NCBI RefSeq assembly: GCF_000392435.1
Contig: NC_021219.1
Span: forward strand, 120,001-152,000
Reading direction: 5' to 3'
Source of the DNA: Candidatus Saccharimonas aalborgensis
GTDB taxonomy: Bacteria; Patescibacteriota; Saccharimonadia; Saccharimonadales; Saccharimonadaceae
DNA length: 32,000 nt
Shown here: positions 1 through 7,050 of the stretch, one piece after another
Layout: each line of letters begins with the position of its first letter
Position numbering within the stretch: position 1 is the first letter of the stretch
Program-made: the position numbers and the translations under genes
Notes under the pieces: model-generated
Told to the model about the DNA's origin: nothing
What the model saw: only the letters and a program-made list of their open reading frames with translations
Databases searched by the model: none

Positions 1-726
1 ATACTCTTCGAGGAAGGCCTGAAGCGTGGCGATCAGCATACCCGCATGAACACCCTTTGCCACGTACACCCCCTCAACCTGATAAAAGGTGTGCTCGTGT
101 CGGGCATCAAGGTCTTCGTTGCGAAATGTTCTGTCGGGCACTATGACAGCGATGGGCTGGTTATTTTCGAGATTGTCATGATATTTCCTCATGACACGAT
201 TTTGCATTGTACTGGTATGGGCGGGTGCAATCAGCGGATCGCCGCTCGCATCTGTCTCTACTGTCATGAAAGTATCCCAGTCATCCCTGGCAGGATGGCC
301 TTTGGGAAAGTTTAGGCTCTCAAACATATGGTACTGGTCATCGATTTCACGAGACTCTTCGGTCACGAACCCCATGCGATTGAATATGTCGCTAATTGTT
401 TCGATTTCATTCATCAGCGGATGAATTGTTCCTTGATCACTAGGCAATAGCGCAGGCATTGCTGCATTTACATCAAACGGTGCCGTGATATCAATCGCTG
501 GCAGTTCTTTTGCACTAAGTTGTTCTTGGCGTTTCGCCACGGCGCGCGCAATTGTTTCTTTTAGCTCATTTACTTTCTGGCCAAATTCTTTTCGCTCATC
601 AACAGCAAGCGTCGGAATACTCGCGTACAATTCTCGAAACTCCTTGCTTTTTAAGATGTCTGCGGGAGTATCAGAGGCCGCAATCCGCGACTCAAGTTCA
701 ACTTTAAGAGAAGCAATATCGATCAT
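1..726 (-). CDS. pheS: Phenylalanyl-tRNA synthetase alpha subunit, partial (3' end off window)
   Basis: Hand translation of the minus strand from ATG at 726: MIDIASLKVELESRIAASDTPADILKSKEFRELYAS...TIHPLMNEIETISDIFNRMGFVTEESREIDDQYHMFESLNFPKGHPARDDWDTFM; HPL...GF and FPxxHPARDxxDTF motifs are typical of PheS. Open at window edge. Confidence 0.93.
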   Translation of the reverse strand, partial: MIDIASLKVELESRIAASDTPADILKSKEFRELYASIPTLAVDERKEFGQKVNELKETIARAVAKRQEQLSAKELPAIDITAPFDVNAAMPALLPSDQGTIHPLMNEIETISDIFNRMGFVTEESREIDDQYHMFESLNFPKGHPARDDWDTFMTVETDASGDPLIAPAHTSTMQNRVMRKYHDNLENNQPIAVIVPDRTFRNEDLDARHEHTFYQVEGVYVAKGVHAGMLIATLQAFLEEY

Positions 727-747
727 TACCTCTTTAGTATACTACGA

Positions 748-1005
748 TTATGAGTTGACGCGGACTACAAAATAGATAAATACTGCTACCGCTGCCAAAA
801 AGATAGTTGCCCACACTCCGGCCAGACTTGTTGTATGCTTGGTACCTTTCATATACTCTGCGTCTTCTACACCATCAATTGCAGTATACGCAGTCGACGG
901 ATCACCTTCATCTTTGGCACGAGCAGCTGCCTTTGCACGCAAGTCTGCGGCAATTCGTTGTTGCAATTCGGAACGTGCTTGCGTTTGTTCAATATATCTT
1001 CCCAT
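748..1005 (-). CDS. Small single-TM hypothetical protein
   Basis: 85 aa ORF, charged N-terminus and C-terminal hydrophobic segment (AGVWATIFLAAVAVFIYFVV). Confidence 0.6.
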   Translation of the reverse strand: MGRYIEQTQARSELQQRIAADLRAKAAARAKDEGDPSTAYTAIDGVEDAEYMKGTKHTTSLAGVWATIFLAAVAVFIYFVVRVNS

Positions 1006-1076
1006 GCGTGACTTGTATTATACCATGAGCTCATTATGCTATAATAGCTGCATATTCACGATAAGGAGGGAATATA

Positions 1077-2027
1077 ATGGCTACCAAGAAAGCCGCTTCT
1101 ACCAAAAAAGCGACCGTCAAAAAGCCGGCCGTCGCAGCCAAAACTACAAAAACAAAAGTAACTGTCAAACCATTGGCAAAAGAAGTTACGCACCCAGCAA
1201 AATCAGTTGCGCACCCTACGGTTCGCGTCAAACGTGAAAGGACGAACCTTGCGCTTCCTGGCAACGTTGTCAACATCGTTTTTGCTGAGCTGATCGGTAC
1301 GTTTGTACTGACATTGGTTGCGCTGCTTGCGGCACAAACTGTCGATGTGCTCTATGTCGGCCTCACGTTAGTGGTACTGGTTCTGGCCATTGGCGCAATT
1401 TCAGGTGCACATGTCAATCCAGCCGTTACCTTTGCACAGTGGACAATGCGCCGCCTCAAGGGTGTACTCGTGCCATTTTACTGGGGAGCTCAATTCCTCG
1501 GGAGCATGCTGGCCGTTATTGTGATGAACCTCGTTGCAGGCGGCACACTCAAGCTCGATTTCAGTCATATGGGCTGGAATGTGTTTGATTGGTCAGTCTT
1601 CGGTATTGAACTCACTGCAACTGCTATCTTTGTCTTCGGACTGAGCGCAGTATTGAGTCGCCGAGATCTTGCAAATACCAGCCGCGCACTCGGCGTAGGA
1701 CTCTCGCTTATGGTTGGTCTTGTCGTTGGCGGTGGTCTTGTCAGTACCCTGCAAACCAACGTGCAAAAATCACTTGCTAATTCGAGCATTACGTCTCCAG
1801 ACCAGATACCGCACGCCTTGCGTGTAACAAATGCCACACTCAACCCGGCGGTAGCACTTGCGGTAACTGAGCGCCCAGATAGCGCCTTCAGCCGTGCCGG
1901 TGATACCAAGAATGACAAACAATACTCTCGACTAAGTATTGAGGTTATCACTGCAACGCTCGTAGGAGCTGCCTTAGGAGGCAACCTCTACTTGCTTCTC
2001 GCTGGACGCCGCAACACCGTCCTATAA
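1077..2027 (+). CDS. MIP/aquaporin family channel with Lys/Ala/Thr-rich N-terminal extension
   Basis: SGAHVNPAVT and NATLNPAVALA NPA-box motifs plus six hydrophobic segments; about 60 aa cationic N-terminal tail. Confidence 0.88.
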   Translation: MATKKAASTKKATVKKPAVAAKTTKTKVTVKPLAKEVTHPAKSVAHPTVRVKRERTNLALPGNVVNIVFAELIGTFVLTLVALLAAQTVDVLYVGLTLVVLVLAIGAISGAHVNPAVTFAQWTMRRLKGVLVPFYWGAQFLGSMLAVIVMNLVAGGTLKLDFSHMGWNVFDWSVFGIELTATAIFVFGLSAVLSRRDLANTSRALGVGLSLMVGLVVGGGLVSTLQTNVQKSLANSSITSPDQIPHALRVTNATLNPAVALAVTERPDSAFSRAGDTKNDKQYSRLSIEVITATLVGAALGGNLYLLLAGRRNTVL

Positions 2028-2044
2028 GTTAGGCATAGGTCAAT

Positions 2045-2080
2045 AAAAAAACTCCTCGGTGGAACACGAGGAGTTTTTTA
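2045..2080. terminator. Bidirectional rho-independent terminator
   Basis: aaaaaaCTCCTCG-gtggaaca-CGAGGAGtttttt between two convergent genes. Confidence 0.9.
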
Positions 2081-2090
2081 TTGCTTCTTC

Positions 2091-3158
2091 TTATTCCCCC
2101 GAGTTTGGTTTATCGAGCAGAAGTGGCTCGACAGCAGGAGTGGTTTCGGCAATTTTTACGACGTCTCTGTCAACTTTAGAGAGTTCTTTGTGGGCGGCGT
2201 TGAAGTGATTGACAGTAGTACCGAGTGCACCGCCAAGCTTGTGCATGTATTCATCAAACTTTGCGATATGTTGGCCAAGTTTACCGACGCGCAATTGGAT
2301 GTCCTTTGCTTGTTCTTCGATTTGTAAACTACGCAAACCCTGTAACACCGTTTGCAAATAGGCCATGAAACTTGTCGGGCTAGTGATGATAACGTGCTTG
2401 TCCCGAAAGGCGTACTCAATGAGGTCACGCGAACTTCCTCCACTGCCAACGTTATTGATAAGCAGATCATAGTAGAGTGATTCGCTCGGGATAAACATAA
2501 AAGCGAACTCCATTGTTTTTTCACTCGGCCTGATATACTTTGAGGTTTCATCAATTCTTAGTTTTAGATCGCCCTTTACTTTTGTGAGTAGGTCTTCCCT
2601 TTCCTTGCCACTCGCTTCGATCATTCGATTGTAATTTTCGAGACTAAACTTACTATCAATCGGTAATAATTTCCCCTTATCAAGATAAATCACCGCATCG
2701 ACGGCATCACCGTTTAAAAACTTATATTGGGTTTGATACTGTCCCGGAGCCAGTACGTTTTCGAGGACACTGCTCAGATAAAACTCACCAAATACACCGC
2801 GTTGTTTTGGATTTTGCAAAACATTTTGCAGCGTTTTTAGTTCGTCCGCTACATCAACGACGCGGCGATTTGTCTCATCGAGTTTTGCCAGACGTTGCGT
2901 GACATCGGCAACAATTTTTGCGCTTTCACTGAGTTGTTTTTGTACGGATTGTTGCATAGCAGTGCTCCCGCGCTCAATTTTGTCGCCCATCGTCTGCTGC
3001 AACCCTGCGATAGTACGAGTCAGCTCCGTCATATCTGCTTTTACCAGCTCAACAGCACTTCCCTGCTTTAGGTCATTGACACGCTGAAAGAGCAACAGTA
3101 GTCCACCCGCCATGAGAACGATTACGACAATAAGAAGTATGATAACGATATGTTCCAT
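2091..3158 (-). CDS. rmuC: DNA recombination protein RmuC family
   Basis: 355 aa from internal Met MEHIVIILLIVVIVLMAGG; N-terminal TM, coiled coil, then RGVFGEFYLSSVLENVL...LPIDSKFSLENY...FMFIPSESLYYDLL typical of RmuC. Confidence 0.9.
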   Translation of the reverse strand: MEHIVIILLIVVIVLMAGGLLLLFQRVNDLKQGSAVELVKADMTELTRTIAGLQQTMGDKIERGSTAMQQSVQKQLSESAKIVADVTQRLAKLDETNRRVVDVADELKTLQNVLQNPKQRGVFGEFYLSSVLENVLAPGQYQTQYKFLNGDAVDAVIYLDKGKLLPIDSKFSLENYNRMIEASGKEREDLLTKVKGDLKLRIDETSKYIRPSEKTMEFAFMFIPSESLYYDLLINNVGSGGSSRDLIEYAFRDKHVIITSPTSFMAYLQTVLQGLRSLQIEEQAKDIQLRVGKLGQHIAKFDEYMHKLGGALGTTVNHFNAAHKELSKVDRDVVKIAETTPAVEPLLLDKPNSGE

Positions 3159-3181
3159 ACTGCTAGTATAGCATCGACAAG

Positions 3182-3679
3182 CTACGAGATCAGCATCAGT
3201 CGCGTAACTACGACAAGTACAGTCACAAGAACAACGGCAAGGATGAACGAACGGACACGAGATATCCACGTGAACAATCCGTAGCAAACACCAAACAGAA
3301 ACATCGTCGAAAGGATGGCCCAATACCACGACATCCCAAAGACAATCGGCTCAATCCCCCAAAGTGCTACTGCACTTGCGATAACAGTCAAAAGTGGACG
3401 AAAAACCCTTAGGCGAGCAAGCCCCACAACGCCCGCGATTGCGCCGATGACCATTGAAACAATCAATGAGTAAAGTGGTGCTTGGCTACAGTCGGCGCTA
3501 GCAGCTGTTCGACACAATACCGTCCCAAATAGATACTTATTCATTATCAACATGAGCGCCGACACCATCAATCCGACACCAATGCCACAGACAATTGCAG
3601 CCACGAGCTCACGCAGAGACATTTGCACCAGTGGTGAGACGGTGGAATTATCCACTTCACTATAGACTTCCTGTTTCAT
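3182..3679 (-). CDS. Conserved multi-TM membrane protein
   Basis: 165 aa ORF with 5 or so hydrophobic segments; no family recognised. Confidence 0.6.
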   Translation of the reverse strand: MKQEVYSEVDNSTVSPLVQMSLRELVAAIVCGIGVGLMVSALMLIMNKYLFGTVLCRTAASADCSQAPLYSLIVSMVIGAIAGVVGLARLRVFRPLLTVIASAVALWGIEPIVFGMSWYWAILSTMFLFGVCYGLFTWISRVRSFILAVVLVTVLVVVTRLMLIS

Positions 3680-3711
3680 CCAACAACTCCTCTTTGTTAA
3701 ATGATATTTTA

Positions 3712-4206
3712 CTACCTATTTGTGTTTTTTACTAGTTTTTGTGAAAATATTTTTCCATAAGCAATATACCAGACGGCTCCCAGCACACCTACTATCATGC
3801 CGCCGATAACATCGATTGGTGTATGGACAAGAGCTAATACTCTTCCGATGGCCACCGTCACCGTCAAAACACCGAGCAGTATTGTCAACCACTTCAGGCG
3901 TGTTCCATACCACACTGCAAGCGTCAAGAAACTAGCAAAAAGTGTATGGTCAGACGGGAAGCCCGGGTTGTTGAGATAGGCGGCACCGGCAATTTGACCA
4001 CTTAGCTCGAACGGTCGAAGAGCTTCTGGCTGCCAAACAGCTCCAAGGTATTTAGCGAGGAGATAAGACGTCATACCGGCCATCAGTATACGAGTATACC
4101 GATCGTACCGACCTTTTTTAGGAACTCGTATCAAAAGTGCGTACCCAGCAAGCAATACTATCGGGAGCATTAGCCCATCGGCCAGGAGTTTAATCACAAA
4201 CTGCAT
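3712..4206 (-). CDS. PAP2 (phosphatidic acid phosphatase type 2) family membrane protein
   Basis: GFPSDHTLFASFLTLAVW ... GRVLALVHTPIDVIGGMIVG matches the PAP2 PSGH-like and R..H...D signatures. Confidence 0.85.
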   Translation of the reverse strand: MQFVIKLLADGLMLPIVLLAGYALLIRVPKKGRYDRYTRILMAGMTSYLLAKYLGAVWQPEALRPFELSGQIAGAAYLNNPGFPSDHTLFASFLTLAVWYGTRLKWLTILLGVLTVTVAIGRVLALVHTPIDVIGGMIVGVLGAVWYIAYGKIFSQKLVKNTNR

Positions 4207-4223
4207 ATACCTAGTATACTATC

Positions 4224-4958
4224 TTAGTCTCCAAACGTTGTGGCAAATAATACACGGGGCGATAACTCGCTATCTTCGATCCCTCCGGCGAACTTGCCCG
4301 TGACCGTACAGCCACTTCCTCGTCGTTCCGCTATCGGACCTATCACCTGTGTCATGCCTGCTGATCGTGCCGTCATATACATCGGGCTGTTGATTGTTGT
4401 CCGTTGGACGGCTGGAAGCCCGAGTGCTTGAGCACGTTCAAGTCGCAATCGGTAGAAATCATTACTGACTCCCCGTCCACGATAACGAGCGTCTTTTTGA
4501 ATGCCTGTCTCTGACAAATAATACAGACTTCCCGTGATGCCCACGCCAGCGAGAGCACCGACAACACGCTCGCGCATTTGATCAGTACGATATTTTTCAC
4601 GCGCGAGTACCCCAGGTGAAGCATATTTGAATGCCCAGCTAAACCCTGCTATCTGCACATCATCCTTCAGCACGAATAAGCTGGCTCCGGGACGAGTTAG
4701 TTCGCACTGAATATACTCGACAGTCTCTGCTGCCGGATATGCCAATTGTAACGGCTCATTACAGCACGCGCTTGGTTCACCCGGTGAGGTGGTTGCACCA
4801 AAAAACTTACCGTCAACTGGGCATTTTGTCCATTCGTTCCATTCATCCCACTTAAATGCATCGGCATACACCGCAGCGATTTGCAGTAGACTGCTCAAAT
4901 CAATCGCTTGTAAATCACCCTCCACCCTTTCAACTCTCAGTTCAGGATTTTTCATCAC
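4224..4958 (-). CDS. GNAT-like N-acetyltransferase domain protein
   Basis: LSETGIQKDARYRGRGVSNDFYRLRLERAQALGLPAVQRTTINSPMYMTARSAGM resembles a GNAT acetyl-CoA-binding region; overlaps the upstream M20 gene start/stop by 17 nt. Confidence 0.65.
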   Translation of the reverse strand: MMKNPELRVERVEGDLQAIDLSSLLQIAAVYADAFKWDEWNEWTKCPVDGKFFGATTSPGEPSACCNEPLQLAYPAAETVEYIQCELTRPGASLFVLKDDVQIAGFSWAFKYASPGVLAREKYRTDQMRERVVGALAGVGITGSLYYLSETGIQKDARYRGRGVSNDFYRLRLERAQALGLPAVQRTTINSPMYMTARSAGMTQVIGPIAERRGSGCTVTGKFAGGIEDSELSPRVLFATTFGD

Positions 4959-6114
4959 TATTCTCCTTATTCCATTGTTCTACTATTAATTGATAGAGGT
5001 TTGCCGCAACTTGAAGATCACTAATTGCTGCCGACTCATTCGCTCCATGGCGATTGTCCCCGCCTGCGCCAATCACATATATTGGACTGTCGATTACTTC
5101 AGCGAGTAACTGAACGTCGATATAGCCCCTGTAGCGAGGGTCGTCCGGCTGCCACAAAATACCAGCCTGTGTATAGCACGTCTTCAGAAATTGTTCTGAT
5201 ACCGTATCTCTTGTTTGATTCCAGACACCGAGATCAGCCCCCACTCGAATACTTTTTACCTCGAGACCACGCTCTTGAAGTAGCTGTCTGAGGAGAGTCT
5301 CGACCAGTTGAGCCGTCAGTTTCGTATCGGCAACGCGGAGCTCTATGATACCCTCAGCATAATTTGGAATGACATTTCCGCTGCGCTGAAGTATCTCAGG
5401 ATTATCAACATCCGTTGTCGCGCCGCCCCTAAGGTAAGCAATATTCATCGTCGTTTGTCCCAGTTCCGACGAGGTATACTGAGTCAGCTGCTGCTCAAGT
5501 GATGCCAGGCTCTCCATAAGCTGCGTGATAGCGTTGACACCATTGGCGGGATTTGATGCGTGACCGGATTTGCCGATAACTTCAATATCCATTTTGATGA
5601 GGCCTCTACACCCCATCAACGGTTGCAAATTTCCATCAAGTGATATAACAAGCTCTGGCGGCTGATCAACAAAAAGCTTATCGGCGATCACCTGTTTCAT
5701 ACCGGCAAATCGATACTCTTCGTCGACATAGATGAGCATACCTACGGTCGATCGTGCACTTTTGCTCATTCGTGTCAACGCCACCATGAGTGAGGCAATT
5801 GACCCCTTCATGTCCGCTACGCCCAAACCATAGAGTCTGCCGCTCTCACGAGTTAGTGTGAGCGGCGGTGTTTGCCAGCCGTTTGATATGGGTACTGTGT
5901 CGATATGCCCCACAAATAAGACTATAGGTGTCGGGGCGCCGACGTAAAGGTTTGCTCTACCGTCGGGGAGTGGTTGCCGTGTCAGCTTCATATCTGGTAG
6001 ATTCGTCACAAACCATTGTTCGAGCCACGCGACGACAGCAGTTTCATCACACCCATCAGCGACATAGCTTGCGATCGATACTAATTTCTCGGCCAATGAT
6101 ACGACATCGTTCAT
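4942..6114 (-). CDS. M20 family metallopeptidase (succinyl-diaminopimelate desuccinylase/ArgE-like)
   Basis: VLFVGHIDTVPISNGW, YGLGVADMKGSIASLMVAL, DEEYRFAGM, GKSGHASNPANGVNAI motifs. Confidence 0.88.
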   Translation of the reverse strand: MNDVVSLAEKLVSIASYVADGCDETAVVAWLEQWFVTNLPDMKLTRQPLPDGRANLYVGAPTPIVLFVGHIDTVPISNGWQTPPLTLTRESGRLYGLGVADMKGSIASLMVALTRMSKSARSTVGMLIYVDEEYRFAGMKQVIADKLFVDQPPELVISLDGNLQPLMGCRGLIKMDIEVIGKSGHASNPANGVNAITQLMESLASLEQQLTQYTSSELGQTTMNIAYLRGGATTDVDNPEILQRSGNVIPNYAEGIIELRVADTKLTAQLVETLLRQLLQERGLEVKSIRVGADLGVWNQTRDTVSEQFLKTCYTQAGILWQPDDPRYRGYIDVQLLAEVIDSPIYVIGAGGDNRHGANESAAISDLQVAANLYQLIVEQWNKENSDEKS

Positions 6115-6261
6115 ACGGTTTTCCTCCGCATAGCCAAGTCAGCCATTGATCCAAATACTCCTATCTGTAATTTCCTTTTCATATCTATCCCTTCGTTTTT
6201 AGTGATGCATAAGCAAAGCGCCAGCTAATGCCGGCGCTTCATACATCTGAATAGATAGAAA

Positions 6262-6615
6262 TTAGCCGACATCAACTGGCGGTGTATGGGCATGATCACC
6301 AGAGAGAATTGCTTGGTAGCCTCCGGTGCCATTGTCCATCCAGTCACGAATACGCGCAACGGTACGTGTCGACAAACGCGTTTCTTTGACGATCTGGTCG
6401 TATGTGTATCCAGCTCGTAGGAGCGCTGCTGCTTTTAGACGGGTGCTAACTTCACGTATTTCTTTTTCTGTCATCACGTCACGCAAAAATGCTTGCATGA
6501 GCGCTATGTCATCAATGCCAGCAAGCACCTGCGAAAATCGCTTCGCTTCTGGTGATTTCCATACGGTGGAGGTATTCATGAGATACATTTTACCAAAGTA
6601 AAGTATATTTGTCAA
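6262..6615 (-). CDS. YerC/YecD family TrpR-related HTH protein (probable start at Met ~6579)
   Basis: FLRDVMTEKEIREVSTRLKAAALLRAGYTYDQIVKETRLSTRTVARIRDWMDNGTGGY is characteristic of the family. Confidence 0.85.
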   Translation of the reverse strand: MTNILYFGKMYLMNTSTVWKSPEAKRFSQVLAGIDDIALMQAFLRDVMTEKEIREVSTRLKAAALLRAGYTYDQIVKETRLSTRTVARIRDWMDNGTGGYQAILSGDHAHTPPVDVG

Positions 6616-6644
6616 TACCTCTTTATTTCATTCACTGCCCGCCC

Positions 6645-6673
6645 TTGAGTTAGCTCTCCTGCGGTGATATAAT
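6645..6673 (+). promoter_or_regulatory. Sigma70-type promoter driving the truncated tRNA-Gln copy
   Basis: TTGAGT (6645-6650) - 17 nt - TATAAT (6668-6673), 12 nt before the tRNA-like 5' end at 6685. Confidence 0.75.
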
Positions 6674-6684
6674 TCCACTACTAC

Positions 6685-6715
6685 TGGGGATTCGCCAAGT
6701 GGTAAGGCACCAGGT
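6685..6715 (+). pseudogene. Truncated tRNA-Gln 5' fragment
   Basis: TGGGGATTCGCCAAGTGGTAAGGCACCAGGT is identical to the first 31 nt of the intact tRNA-Gln at 6976; diverges afterwards. Confidence 0.85.
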
Positions 6716-6955
6716 GAGAACTGCCATGGGGGCAGTTCGCAAGGCCGGAAGCCGGATGAGCCTGGGGCTCACCGACTGAGGCGGGTCTGCGAGCAATTTC
6801 TGAAGGAAATTGATGAGCAGACTGGTCCTGGCATTCGGAGTGAAGATTGCCCGTCGGCAATCTGCAAGGCGATCTCACAAATATGCTGTGCTTATTTGAC
6901 TGAGTCGTGAGCCCGCGGGACGTGGGTCGAATCCGATTCGAACTCCCGCACATTT
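6716..6955 (+). ncRNA. Candidate structured RNA fused to the truncated tRNA-Gln fragment
   Basis: Hairpins by eye: GAACTGCC..GGCAGTTC; GATGAGCC-TGG-GGCTCACC; GTCTGC..CAATTTC-TGAAG-GAAATTG..GCAGAC; AGATTGCC-CGTC-GGCAATCT; CCC-GCGGGACGT-GGG. Contains an exact 17-nt match to the tRNA-Gln anticodon region (6822-6838). Confidence 0.5.
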
Positions 6956-6975
6956 CAGGTATAATATATGCATAC

Positions 6976-7050
6976 TGGGGATTCGCCAAGTGGTAAGGCA
7001 CCAGGTTCTGGTCCTGGCATTCGGGGGTTCGAATCCCTCATCCCCAGCCA
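6976..7050 (+). tRNA. tRNA-Gln (anticodon CTG)
   Basis: Cloverleaf: acceptor TGGGGAT/ATCCCCA, anticodon arm CCAGG-TTCTGGT-CCTGG, T-arm GGGGG-TTCGAAT-CCCTC, encoded GCCA end. Confidence 0.93.

Noticed and set aside
46-775. Plus-strand ORFs 46-315, 191-424, 485-775
   Set aside because: They are antisense to the well-supported pheS frame on the minus strand.
3159-3329. N-terminal extension of the 412-aa ORF (MVLGHPFDDVSVWCLLRIVH...)
   Set aside because: It overlaps the upstream membrane-protein gene and precedes the natural RmuC TM start MEHIVIILL; true start taken as 3158.
6685-6955. Complete tmRNA, RNase P RNA, SRP RNA or T-box leader
   Set aside because: None of the hallmark sequences I know for these (tag peptide frame, GAGGAAAGTCC, SRP GGAAG/AGCAG loops, T-box GGTGG) were found; a clean group I intron was also not demonstrable because the tRNA 3' exon is missing.
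6895-6965. Strong independent promoter for the intact tRNA-Gln
   Set aside because: TATAAT exists at 6960-6965, but the -35 (TTCGAA) is weak and the strong promoter is the one at 6645, so I did not list it as a supported feature; whether the intact tRNA is processed from the longer transcript is open.
6681-7001. Minus-strand 106-aa ORF (MPYHLANPQ...HLANPQ)
   Set aside because: Antisense of the duplicated tRNA-Gln 5' fragment and intervening RNA; the repeated peptide ends simply reflect the tRNA repeat.
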